Assembly: GCA_001778055.1 (NCBI GenBank)
Contig: MFFY01000036.1
Span: 1-33,181 of the forward strand
Length of the DNA: 33,181 nt
From: Candidatus Falkowbacteria bacterium RIFCSPLOWO2_12_FULL_45_13
Lineage (GTDB): Bacteria; Patescibacteriota; Patescibacteriia; Patescibacteriales; GWC2-42-12
Direction: 5' to 3'
Each line of letters starts with the position of its first letter. The first letter of the stretch is position 1. Shown one piece after another: positions 8,731-17,045 of this stretch. The notes under the pieces are model-generated. The model had not been told where the DNA came from. It did not search any database and saw nothing but the letters and a program-made list of their open reading frames with translations. The position numbers were made by a program, and so were the translations under genes.

Positions 8731-9477
8731 TTACTTGTCAAAACTTAATGGCTCCCTGGCTGCGGCGATGAATAATTCTTCCAAATCCTTTTTGCCGTGC
8801 TCGGCCGGCAGAGTTTTCGGGTCGCCCGACAGCAAGATCCTGCCGTGCGACATAAACAACACCCGATTACAGACATCCACGATTTCAGCCATATTATGCG
8901 ATGTCCAAAGTACGGCCGAACGGGTTTCTGCGGCGTAATTTATTATTTTCTGCCTTATTGACTGGGCAATGCTTGGGTCCAGGGAGGCCGTGGGTTCATC
9001 CAGCAATAAAAGCAAGGGCTGATTTATCACGGCTTTGGCTAAATTCAGGCGGCTGGCTTCGCCCGAAGACAAAAAGCCGACTCTGGTTTTAGAAAAACTT
9101 TTCAAATCAAAATCCTTAAGCAAGATATCTACCCTTTTTTTTAAATTTTTAACGCCGTAAAGCAGGCCGAAAATATATAAATTCTGCCAAACCGTCAGGT
9201 TGGCGGGCAGATGAGCGTAAACCGCGGCAAAATTGGTCTGGCGACTGACTTGACAGCGGTCGGCCTTTAAATCTCGGCATAAAATTTCGACCGAACCGGC
9301 GCTGGGTTCTAAAATCCCCAAAATCATATTAATAGTGGTGGTTTTTCCAGCGCCGTTCGGGCCCAGTAGGCCGACAATTTCTCCGGCCCGCACCGAAAAA
9401 GAAATATTGTCCACCGCTTTGACCAGTTGGTATTGTTTTTCCAGCCGGCAGACGCGTAAAATTATTTCTTCAGGCAT
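8731..9477 (-). CDS. ABC transporter ATP-binding protein (drug/NodI-like exporter)
   Basis: GPNGAGKTT, signature LSSGE, LLLDEPT, H-loop TSH. Confidence 0.95.
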   Translation of the reverse strand: MPEEIILRVCRLEKQYQLVKAVDNISFSVRAGEIVGLLGPNGAGKTTTINMILGILEPSAGSVEILCRDLKADRCQVSRQTNFAAVYAHLPANLTVWQNLYIFGLLYGVKNLKKRVDILLKDFDLKSFSKTRVGFLSSGEASRLNLAKAVINQPLLLLLDEPTASLDPSIAQSIRQKIINYAAETRSAVLWTSHNMAEIVDVCNRVLFMSHGRILLSGDPKTLPAEHGKKDLEELFIAAAREPLSFDK

Positions 9478-9503
9478 ATAAACTTACAGATTATGCTCAT
9501 TAA

Positions 9504-11789
9504 TTATTTTACAGGGCTTACGCGTTCTCTAAGATTACCTGACATTAAATAAAAGGCGATCGGCTTATAACTCTTCGGATCTTTAAAATAATCTTTTATT
9601 TTTTCAACAATTTCGCCCGGAATAAAGTGCTGTTTAACGAAATAGTCAATCATACCCAGCCCGGCGGCCCTGGCCACGTCCGCCTGCTGGCTCATATTGC
9701 ATAAACCGACTATGGGAATTTTCTTGGTTGCGGCGTGAGACTTTAAAATTTCCGCGGCCGTGAATCCATCCATCACGGGCATAATTATGTCCATAATAAT
9801 CAAATCCGGTTTTTCTTTTAAAACCACCGCTACCGGATTTTTAGAAGGACTGCCATAATTCACGTAAGCGAAGCCGGCTTTCTCGAATTTGGCGCCATAC
9901 ATTTTAGCCAGCATCCCATCGTCCTCAAAATGCAAAATTCTAAAATTCATTTTTTTTGCCGAGGCGCTAAACAACGACGCCTCTCCGGCCAATATAACCT
10001 GCTCGTTATTGTTTATAACCTTTCTGGGCAGAGCGCCCGCGCCCGGGCCGATGACGCCTTGCTCTTCCATCAGATCTAAAAGTCTGGCCGAACGAGCGTA
10101 ACTGATGTTAAGCTTGCGTTCTAAATAAGCGGCGGAGGCATGGCCGGATTTAATTACCAGCTCTTTGGCTTCTCCGAGCATATCATCAACCAAGGCCGGA
10201 TTGGCATTTTCCAGGGCGGCTCTTTTCTTCATCTTCTTGTACATCTCCGGCGTGATAAAAACTTCTCTCGGATTAGCGCCGCTGGCCGGGCCGATGACGC
10301 CGAAATTTTCCAGCTGATCCAGGATATACGAGGCCCGGGCATATTCGATGCGCAGCTTTCTTTGCAGCAACGAGATCGAGGCATGACCTTCTTCAATGAC
10401 TAGGCTTTTGGCCGTTTCGAGCAACTCATCCAAATCATCGCCCGAAGAAGCCAAATCTATCACATCGGCTGGTTTAAAATTTCCGCTCTGACCGCGAAAG
10501 TAATCAACCACGTTTTTTATAATTTCATGGCCAACGTAAGGAAGCTGGAGCCGAACCGGCTGGCTCATTTCGGCGTTAATAAACAAAGCCTCTCCCTTGC
10601 CGGACAGCCGTTCGGCTCCGCCCGTATTTAAAATCTCTCTGGATTCTTGTTCGGAGGAGGCGGCTAAGGCCAGCCTGGCCGGAAAATTGGCTTTCAATGC
10701 GCCGGAAAATAATTCATCGCCCGGCTTAGACGTTGCCGCTACTAAATGAAGGCCGCCCGCCCTGCCCAGCTGTAAAAGTTTAATCATTTTCCCCGCCAGT
10801 ATCTTCTTCTGATCGCCAATGCAAAAGTCAGAAATTTCAGCCAGGATAAAAATGATGTAAGGCAGCTTTTCCGGGCGGTCTTTATTATATTCTTCTAAAT
10901 TGCGCATTTCAGCCGCGGCAAAAATTTTGAGCCTGAGGTCCAGCTCGCCCGAGCACCAGTAAAGCGCGTTAATAATTTTTTGATAGGTAGTGATCACCGG
11001 AGTCAAAAGATACGGTAAACTATTGTAAACCGTCAGATCAACCCTCTTTGAATCGGCTAAAATAAATCTTAACACGCGCGGACTATGCTTAGTCATTAGA
11101 CTGATAATCAAAGAATTGATAAAAACCGATTTTCCCGAACCGGCGGCGCCGCCGATTAATAAATGGGGTAAATTATGCAAATTCACGCTCCGTTGCTTGT
11201 TTTCCGAATCTCTGCCAAAAGGCACAGTTAAAGGATTTTTGGTATTTATAAATTTATCGGTTTCCAGCTCATGCCCCAAGCTGACGCCGGCTTGGCGCCG
11301 GTATGGCACTTCTACGCCGATTAAATCTGTGCCGGAAATCGGCGCCTCGATTTTTATGGGATGGACCAAGAGCTCTGAAGCCAGGTCATGTTTTACGGCT
11401 AAAATTTCCGCGGCCTGGACGCCGGCGGCCGGCTTAAAAGAGAATGTCGCGGCCCGGGGTCCAATTAGGGGCTCATTCATGGTTTCAACTTTAATATTAT
11501 GGTCGCGTAAGGCTTTTTCAATAATTTCTTTAAGGTGCTTGACATCGTCCGAGCTGAATTTTTGGCCGGACGATTTCAGAAGTTTTAGGGGCGCTCTAAT
11601 GTCAGGCGTTTCCAGACACCACCAGCTGTTGCTAAGATGCCTCTGGCCAGGTTTAGACAATCGGTTTAAAAGACTGGCGTCCTTGGCCCGGCCCATTAAA
11701 TCGGTAATGGATTTTTTAATTTTGTCCAATTCCAAGATAATAATAATTAAAATGGCTAAAATAAGGATTAAAAAAATTTGTAAAAACAT
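9504..11789 (-). CDS. ftsK: FtsK/SpoIIIE-family protein with two gamma domains and a C-terminal receiver (REC) domain
   Basis: N-terminal TM; FtsK alpha domain (FKPAAGV..IEAPISGTDLIGVEVP); PHLLIGGAAGSGKSV; two gamma repeats (ASISLLQRKLRIEYARA and ASAAYLERKLNISYARS); REC motifs ILHFEDD..PDLIIMDIIMPVMDG..DYFVK. Probably a paralog rather than the cell-division FtsK. Confidence 0.85.
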   Translation of the reverse strand: MFLQIFLILILAILIIIILELDKIKKSITDLMGRAKDASLLNRLSKPGQRHLSNSWWCLETPDIRAPLKLLKSSGQKFSSDDVKHLKEIIEKALRDHNIKVETMNEPLIGPRAATFSFKPAAGVQAAEILAVKHDLASELLVHPIKIEAPISGTDLIGVEVPYRRQAGVSLGHELETDKFINTKNPLTVPFGRDSENKQRSVNLHNLPHLLIGGAAGSGKSVFINSLIISLMTKHSPRVLRFILADSKRVDLTVYNSLPYLLTPVITTYQKIINALYWCSGELDLRLKIFAAAEMRNLEEYNKDRPEKLPYIIFILAEISDFCIGDQKKILAGKMIKLLQLGRAGGLHLVAATSKPGDELFSGALKANFPARLALAASSEQESREILNTGGAERLSGKGEALFINAEMSQPVRLQLPYVGHEIIKNVVDYFRGQSGNFKPADVIDLASSGDDLDELLETAKSLVIEEGHASISLLQRKLRIEYARASYILDQLENFGVIGPASGANPREVFITPEMYKKMKKRAALENANPALVDDMLGEAKELVIKSGHASAAYLERKLNISYARSARLLDLMEEQGVIGPGAGALPRKVINNNEQVILAGEASLFSASAKKMNFRILHFEDDGMLAKMYGAKFEKAGFAYVNYGSPSKNPVAVVLKEKPDLIIMDIIMPVMDGFTAAEILKSHAATKKIPIVGLCNMSQQADVARAAGLGMIDYFVKQHFIPGEIVEKIKDYFKDPKSYKPIAFYLMSGNLRERVSPVK

Positions 11790-11847
11790 ATGATTTATAT
11801 TAATTCATTTAAATTTTAACATAAATCCGGCATCAGTTCAATTTAAG

Positions 11848-11898
11848 CAGGGCTTACGCGGTTGATTGAACGGAGGTATGTCAAATGCGTAAATCCTA
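11848..11898. repeat. Second, degenerate copy of the 51-bp hairpin repeat
   Basis: CAGGGCTTACGCGGTTGATTGAACGGAGGTATGTCAAATGCGTAAATCCTA, matching the reverse complement of 6782-6832. Confidence 0.8.
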
Positions 11899-11943
11899 TT
11901 AAAAATTAATCCTCCGCCAAATTATTTGGGTTACCGACCATTT

Positions 11944-11983
11944 AAAAAAAGGGACCTGCGAGCTTCTCTGGCCGCAGGTCTTT
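11944..11983 (-). terminator. Intrinsic terminator for the 12016-12459 gene
   Basis: GACCTGCG..CGCAGGTC stem preceded by an A7 run (U-tract on the minus strand). Confidence 0.65.
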
Positions 11984-12015
11984 GAAAAATTATAGCCCCT
12001 TGGCCGGACGTGAAA

Positions 12016-12459
12016 TCAGGCCGGAGGCGTTGGGCGCGCTTTAATGCGCGTCAGCAGCATGGTGATGACCGCCTGCGCGGCCCAATCCAATATAAGCTGG
12101 CTAACCGTATCGCCTTGGAGGAAGACGCCATTTTTTGCTTCCAAGATATGAGAATCGTGAAAATGCCAAATAATCTGGATAAGGGTTTGCTGCAAGCCTA
12201 CCTCCCCATGGCGGATGATATAAAGCTGATCTTCCTCGTTCGGGAAATTCTTTTGAATCCGCTCCTTAATCCCGGTTTTCCGAGCTTTCACGATTTTAAG
12301 CTTTTGAGCAGACAAGTGCGGCGCCCGCTCTCCTGGTTTCAAACAACCGACAAAGCTGTTCCAAATCTTCTCCTCCTTAATTCCCTCGGGGAAAAGTTTT
12401 TTCAAGATGGCGGTTGCGCGCTGTTTTTTGCTGGTTCTTCTGTTTAATTTCATTTTCAT
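12016..12459 (-). CDS. Hypothetical basic protein
   Basis: 147-aa ORF with a strong promoter upstream and a terminator downstream; no recognisable motif. Confidence 0.65.
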   Translation of the reverse strand: MKMKLNRRTSKKQRATAILKKLFPEGIKEEKIWNSFVGCLKPGERAPHLSAQKLKIVKARKTGIKERIQKNFPNEEDQLYIIRHGEVGLQQTLIQIIWHFHDSHILEAKNGVFLQGDTVSQLILDWAAQAVITMLLTRIKARPTPPA

Positions 12460-12535
12460 TGTTTATGGCCATTCAAGGTGCCGGGCTCTTTCCCTCCAAA
12501 AAGTTGGGCTAAACTTAAAGAGCTTGGTGGGCGTA

Positions 12536-12564
12536 AGTATAGCGCTAAGCCTATTTTATGTCAA
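12536..12564 (-). promoter_or_regulatory. Near-consensus sigma70 promoter
   Basis: Minus strand TTGACA-17 nt-TATACT. Confidence 0.75.
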
Positions 12565-12660
12565 CTGCGGGTCGGGCGCAAATTCATATCAACCGCCTAA
12601 AACGCGATCATAATCGTGGCCGGACCAGAGCTGACGCCTGATTAATCAACTCTAATTGTT

Positions 12661-12689
12661 TTGACACTTCCCTGGTCTTGCTTTAAAAT
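12661..12689 (+). promoter_or_regulatory. Sigma70 promoter for proS
   Basis: TTGACA-17 nt-TAAAAT. Confidence 0.75.
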
Positions 12690-12738
12690 AAAAGAATACC
12701 AGACAGTTTACCGTCTTTAATTTAGCGCCCTAAAAAAT

Positions 12739-13968
12739 ATGAAACAATCTCAACTTTTCACTAAAACCGAGCGCTTCGCCCCTAAAGACGAAGAAACCGT
12801 CAACGCCAAGCTTTTAAGCCGGGCCGGTTATGTGGAAAAACTTATGGCTGGCGTCTATAGCTACCTACCCTTGGGTTTCAAGGCGCTCAAAAAAATTGAA
12901 CAGGTGGTGCGCCAGGAAATGAACGCCATTGGCGGACAAGAAATTTTGATGCCCATAATGCACCCTAAAGAAAACTGGGTAGCAACCGGCGGCTGGAGCG
13001 GCATTGACGTGCTGTTTAAGATTAAAAGCCGGACGGAAAAAGAATACGCTTTAGGCCAGAGCGAAGAAGAGGTGGCAACGCCGCTGGTCATGCGCTGGGC
13101 GAGGAGCGACAAAGATCTGCCTTTGGCGGTTTACCAGATCCACTGGAAATTCCGAGACGAATTAAGGGCAAAATCCGGACTATTGCGCGGACGGGAATTT
13201 CTCATGAAAGATATGTACAGCTTCCATGCCGATCAAGCGGATTTTGACAAATTTTATGAAATCGTCAAACAGGCTTATTTAAAAATATTTAAACGGTTTG
13301 GCTTAACGGCTAAAGTCACCGAAGCTTCGGGCGGAAGCTTTAGCGATAAAATATCTTATGAATTCATGGTGCTGACCGACGCGGGCGAGGACGATATCCT
13401 CTATTGCGATAAATGCGTTTTTTGCGTTAACCGTGAAATCGCCAAACAAAAAGAAGGCGATCCCTGCCCCAAATGTAAGTCCAGTAAATTAAGCGGCGCC
13501 AAAGCCTCGGAAGTGGGCAATGTTTTCGATTTGGGCAAAAAATACGGCCAAGATTTCAACCTGGGCTTTACCAATAAGGACGGAGAGAAGCAGTACCCGG
13601 TCATGGGCTGCTACGGCATCGGCATCTCGCGCCTCTTAGGCGTGATCGTGGAAAAATATCATGACGATCAAGGCATTGTCTGGCCCGAAGCCGTGGCGCC
13701 ATTTAAGGTTCATCTCCTGTCTTTAAATAAAAACGATCAGGCGGAAAAAATATACCGCGACTTAGAAAAAAACCAAATTGAAGTTTTATACGACGACCGC
13801 GACTTAAGCCCAGGCGAAAAATTCGCGGACGCGGATTTAATCGGCCTGCCCTACCGCCTGGTAGTGAGCGACAAGTCGCTTAAGGCCGGCAGCGTGGAAA
13901 TAAAAAAGAGAAATGAATATAAGGGCAAGATTATTAAAGATAAAGAGATTGTGAAAAAATTGAAATAA
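12739..13968 (+). CDS. proS: Proline--tRNA ligase, short form lacking the editing insertion
   Basis: Motif 2 KFRDELRAKSGLLRGREFLMKDMYSF, motif 3 MGCYGIGISRL, anticodon domain DDRDLSPGEKFADADLIGLP. Confidence 0.95.
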   Translation: MKQSQLFTKTERFAPKDEETVNAKLLSRAGYVEKLMAGVYSYLPLGFKALKKIEQVVRQEMNAIGGQEILMPIMHPKENWVATGGWSGIDVLFKIKSRTEKEYALGQSEEEVATPLVMRWARSDKDLPLAVYQIHWKFRDELRAKSGLLRGREFLMKDMYSFHADQADFDKFYEIVKQAYLKIFKRFGLTAKVTEASGGSFSDKISYEFMVLTDAGEDDILYCDKCVFCVNREIAKQKEGDPCPKCKSSKLSGAKASEVGNVFDLGKKYGQDFNLGFTNKDGEKQYPVMGCYGIGISRLLGVIVEKYHDDQGIVWPEAVAPFKVHLLSLNKNDQAEKIYRDLEKNQIEVLYDDRDLSPGEKFADADLIGLPYRLVVSDKSLKAGSVEIKKRNEYKGKIIKDKEIVKKLK

Positions 13969-14034
13969 ACATTCACATAAAAAAATGCAGAGACGCGATT
14001 AATCGCGTCTCTGCATTTTTTTATGTGAATGTTT
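13967..14034. repeat. 68-bp perfect palindrome with a REP-like core, between convergent genes
   Basis: 34-bp arms centred at 14000/14001; core GCAGAGACGCGATTAATCGCGTCTCTGC is shared with 19456-19483; A7/T7 tracts suggest a bidirectional terminator. Confidence 0.9.
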
Positions 14035-15549
14035 GAACACCTGCGCCGTAAACACCAAAATCTCCGTGTCTTTATCTTTGTAAGCATCGGACGGCAGTCC
14101 GGCCTTCTGCCGGCAGAGCTGACTTAAAAATTCTTCCAGGCTCCAGCCGGTTTCGACCGCCACCTGGGGCAAAAAAACGCCACTATGATTTCCTTTTCTA
14201 ATAATTACTCCTTGTTCACCCAATTTTATTTTCCGCCAATCGTCAATCCGCCAAGGGGCGGATAAAACGCTTACCTCATATTCCAATTCGTCCAATTCGT
14301 CTTGACTAACCGGACTAAAACGATAATCTTCGCTGCAAGCCGCCACGGCCATATCGCGCACCACCTGCCAGAGCGGCTGGTCCAATGGCACGATCTGGCC
14401 AATACAGCCACGAAGCTGGCCGTTTTCATCCAAAGTTACAAACGCGCCTTGTTTTTCGTTTAATTTTTCATCGGCCACGCTGAATTCAGGCACCCGGCCG
14501 GTTTTTACATAAATCTCCACTGTGTCTTTAGCGATTTTCAGTAGTGTTTGCTGTTGCTTAATATTTAATCCACCGGTTGCCACGGCTTCAGCCGAGGTTG
14601 CATTTGCAATTTCATTTTCAACTTTGACTTTTACGCTTTCCACTTGAGCGAAAGCGACCGCTCCATACCCCACCACTTGATTTTTATCGCCAATCGGCGC
14701 GTCGCCGCTATTCATGTATTTTAATATTTTAATTTCATCCCAGCCGGCCAAATTCGCCAGCTCCATCACAGTCTTGACCGCGTCAATGCCGCATAGCGCT
14801 GTTTGCTCATTGGCGTAACTGGCCTGTTCCACCGTTGCCGCATATTTTTCTAACTCGGCTACGTCTCCGCTCTTAATTTTTTCCAAAGTGCCTTGATCAA
14901 TTTTATTGGCATCCGCGTACTTAGGATAATGCGACATGTCGGTTGAAATCACCACTAAATCGTTCTCGCCCAAGTTAGCGGCCAGCGCCCGCGCCAGTTT
15001 CTTGTAACCGCCATCGTCTTTATTGCCAAATTCAACGGGTACAATCTTAAAGCCCGGGCTTAAAACCGTTTGCAAAAACGGCAATTCCACTTCCAAGTTA
15101 TGGTCAGCTTGATGCGGCGCGCTGTCAAACTTTATGGCGCCGCCGCCGGCAACGACCAGCTTATCCGCCAATTTCTTATCAACCGCCGCCTGGCCCAAAG
15201 GCGTTTGCCAGGCATCGCTATCATCAATGGCCGCGCCGTCAAAATAGGCTTGATGTGAATTGCCGATCATCACCACCGTATTCACCTTTCTGCCCTGAAG
15301 CGCTTTAAAAGCGTAAGCGGCCACCGCTCCGCTATAATCGTAACCGGCGTGGGGCACCATAATGGCTCGAATTTGGCCACTCCCGCTTTCTCTCTCCGCA
15401 GAAGTTCCCCTCCTTACGAAGGAGGGGCCAGGGGAGGTTATTGAGGGGGTTGTTTGTTTTAAAAATCTTTCAATCTGGTCCGAGACAGCGCCCGGTTCGC
15501 TGGGATAAAACTGCCCGACCACGGCCGGCTGCCTGATTTTTTTTGGCAT
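13999..15549 (-). CDS. amrB: AmmeMemoRadiSam system protein B (MEMO1-like) fused to protein A (AMMECR1-like)
   Basis: IRQPAVVGQFYP, PHAGYDYSG, STDMSHY (MEMO); GAFVTL..GQLRGCIG, DYRFSPV, GVFLPQVA (AMMECR1). Confidence 0.92.
   Translation of the reverse strand: MPKKIRQPAVVGQFYPSEPGAVSDQIERFLKQTTPSITSPGPSFVRRGTSAERESGSGQIRAIMVPHAGYDYSGAVAAYAFKALQGRKVNTVVMIGNSHQAYFDGAAIDDSDAWQTPLGQAAVDKKLADKLVVAGGGAIKFDSAPHQADHNLEVELPFLQTVLSPGFKIVPVEFGNKDDGGYKKLARALAANLGENDLVVISTDMSHYPKYADANKIDQGTLEKIKSGDVAELEKYAATVEQASYANEQTALCGIDAVKTVMELANLAGWDEIKILKYMNSGDAPIGDKNQVVGYGAVAFAQVESVKVKVENEIANATSAEAVATGGLNIKQQQTLLKIAKDTVEIYVKTGRVPEFSVADEKLNEKQGAFVTLDENGQLRGCIGQIVPLDQPLWQVVRDMAVAACSEDYRFSPVSQDELDELEYEVSVLSAPWRIDDWRKIKLGEQGVIIRKGNHSGVFLPQVAVETGWSLEEFLSQLCRQKAGLPSDAYKDKDTEILVFTAQVFKHSHKKMQRRD
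15407..15439. repeat. Hairpin-plus-G-tail element (family A), in frame in amrB
   Basis: CCCCTCCTTACGAAGGAGGGGCCAGGGGAGGTT; encodes TSPGPSFVRRG. Confidence 0.8.
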
Positions 15550-15663
15550 ATCAAATGTCGCCCGGAGACTTAAGCAGGCGGTTAAAAATAGCGGTGCGAG
15601 AAATATAAATAATAATTTTTCACAATTAATTCATTGAGATGGTCGCATAATTTGATGTTTAAA

Positions 15664-16440
15664 TTACTTTACGCCCACGGCTCTTAATATCTGCCTGTGC
15701 GCCTGGCCGTTTGACGCCGCGATATTGGGCCCGCCCAGACGCCAATCGCGGCCTTTAAAATCCGTCACTCGGCCGCCGGCCTCTCTAACTAACAAAACCC
15801 CAGCGGCCACGTCCCAAACCTTGATGCCGGGCGCCACATACGACTCCGCCCGGCCGGCGGCCACATAACCCAATTCAATGGCGGCCGAGCCCAACTGCCG
15901 GCAATCCAGTTGGTTCAACTTTTGCCGGCGGCAATAAGCCATGGCTTTTTTAATATCCGCGTCTTTACTGCCGTGGCAAAAAAGATTTAAAACTTTGCTT
16001 TGCCGAATGCCGGAAACATTAATTTTTCTGCCGTTTAAAAAAGCGCCTTGCCCGGCCTCGGCCGTATAAATATCCTCTAGCATGGGCGCGCAGACTAAAC
16101 CGAAAATCAGTTCATCTTGTTTGGCTAAAGCCAAAGAAACCGACCACAAAGGATTATGCATGGAAAAATTAGTCGTGCCGTCAAGCGGGTCAAGATACCA
16201 AACATATCCCGAGCCGCTTTCTCTGTTAGCTTGTTCTTCGGCGATTATACCATGGCCGGGAAAATGTTTTTTAATTTCCCTGATAATTATTTCCTGCGAC
16301 ATTAAATCAGCCTTGGTTAAAATTTCATGATTAGACTTTAAACTGACATCTAAGCGATTGAATTTAGTATAGGCTTTCTTTAGCATCCGACCCGACCGTT
16401 TGACCGCGGCCAAGGCCATTTGCTTTATTTGCTTGTCCAT
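15664..16440 (-). CDS. suhB: Inositol monophosphatase family protein
   Basis: WYLDPLDGTTNF, GSAAIELGYVAAGR, WDVAAGVLLVREAGG. Confidence 0.92.
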   Translation of the reverse strand: MDKQIKQMALAAVKRSGRMLKKAYTKFNRLDVSLKSNHEILTKADLMSQEIIIREIKKHFPGHGIIAEEQANRESGSGYVWYLDPLDGTTNFSMHNPLWSVSLALAKQDELIFGLVCAPMLEDIYTAEAGQGAFLNGRKINVSGIRQSKVLNLFCHGSKDADIKKAMAYCRRQKLNQLDCRQLGSAAIELGYVAAGRAESYVAPGIKVWDVAAGVLLVREAGGRVTDFKGRDWRLGGPNIAASNGQAHRQILRAVGVK

Positions 16441-16469
16441 AATAATATTTTTTTATTATTAAATCTTAT

Positions 16470-16985
16470 TTACAATAACTCCAAAATTTTCAGCTCTAGG
16501 GGCGGCTGGCCAGCCGCCCCTACACTGTCCCAGACCGCGAAAGTCGCTTTAAAAAAAACTCCGCCCAAAGTTCCCGGATTAGCCATCATCACCCCATTTT
16601 TTTCCTCTAGCCACGGCCTATGCGTATGACCGTAAAAAATTATGTCGCATTTTTTCAAAGGCGCATGGCAATGCGCCGCTACTTTTTTTATAAACCAGGG
16701 TTCGTGGTATAAACCAACGGTTTTGCCGTCTATCTCAAACACGCCGAACCGGCCCAGATATTTTATATTTTTATACTGTCCAACTTCTGCCTCATCGTAA
16801 ATTTCTAAATTGCCGCGCACCAGATATATGGTTTTAAAATTTTTTGCCAGATAGGCCAAAGTATCGCTATTCACCACGTCGCCCGCGCAGACGGCATTTT
16901 CTATGCCCTGGTTTCTGCCCCAGTTTAAACATTTTTCCAGATTGACCAGGTTGTCATGGATGTCGGAGATAATTAAAAATTTCAT
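16470..16985 (-). CDS. Metallophosphoesterase, YfcE/MJ0936 family
   Basis: ISDIHDN, CAGD, VRGN, YGHTH and NPG motifs. Confidence 0.9.
   Translation of the reverse strand: MKFLIISDIHDNLVNLEKCLNWGRNQGIENAVCAGDVVNSDTLAYLAKNFKTIYLVRGNLEIYDEAEVGQYKNIKYLGRFGVFEIDGKTVGLYHEPWFIKKVAAHCHAPLKKCDIIFYGHTHRPWLEEKNGVMMANPGTLGGVFFKATFAVWDSVGAAGQPPLELKILELL
16496..16523 (-). repeat. GTAG-type REP hairpin in frame in the phosphoesterase C-terminus
   Basis: Minus strand GTAGGGGCGGCTGGCCAGCCGCCCCTAG (26-bp perfect palindrome 16497-16522); encodes VGAAGQPPL. Confidence 0.8.
16656..16682 (-). repeat. Degenerate GTAG-type REP in frame in the phosphoesterase
   Basis: Minus strand GTAGCGGCGCATTGCCATGCGCCTTTG; encodes VAAHCHAPL. 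Confidence 0.65.
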
Positions 16986-17045
16986 AAGTTTATCGTGTTA
17001 CGCCCTAAAATATTTTATAAAAACGGCAGCAGGCAACGGCTAATT

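Noticed and set aside
12010-12447. 145-aa plus-strand ORF overlapping the 147-aa minus ORF
   Set aside because: Promoter and terminator orientation favour the minus-strand gene.
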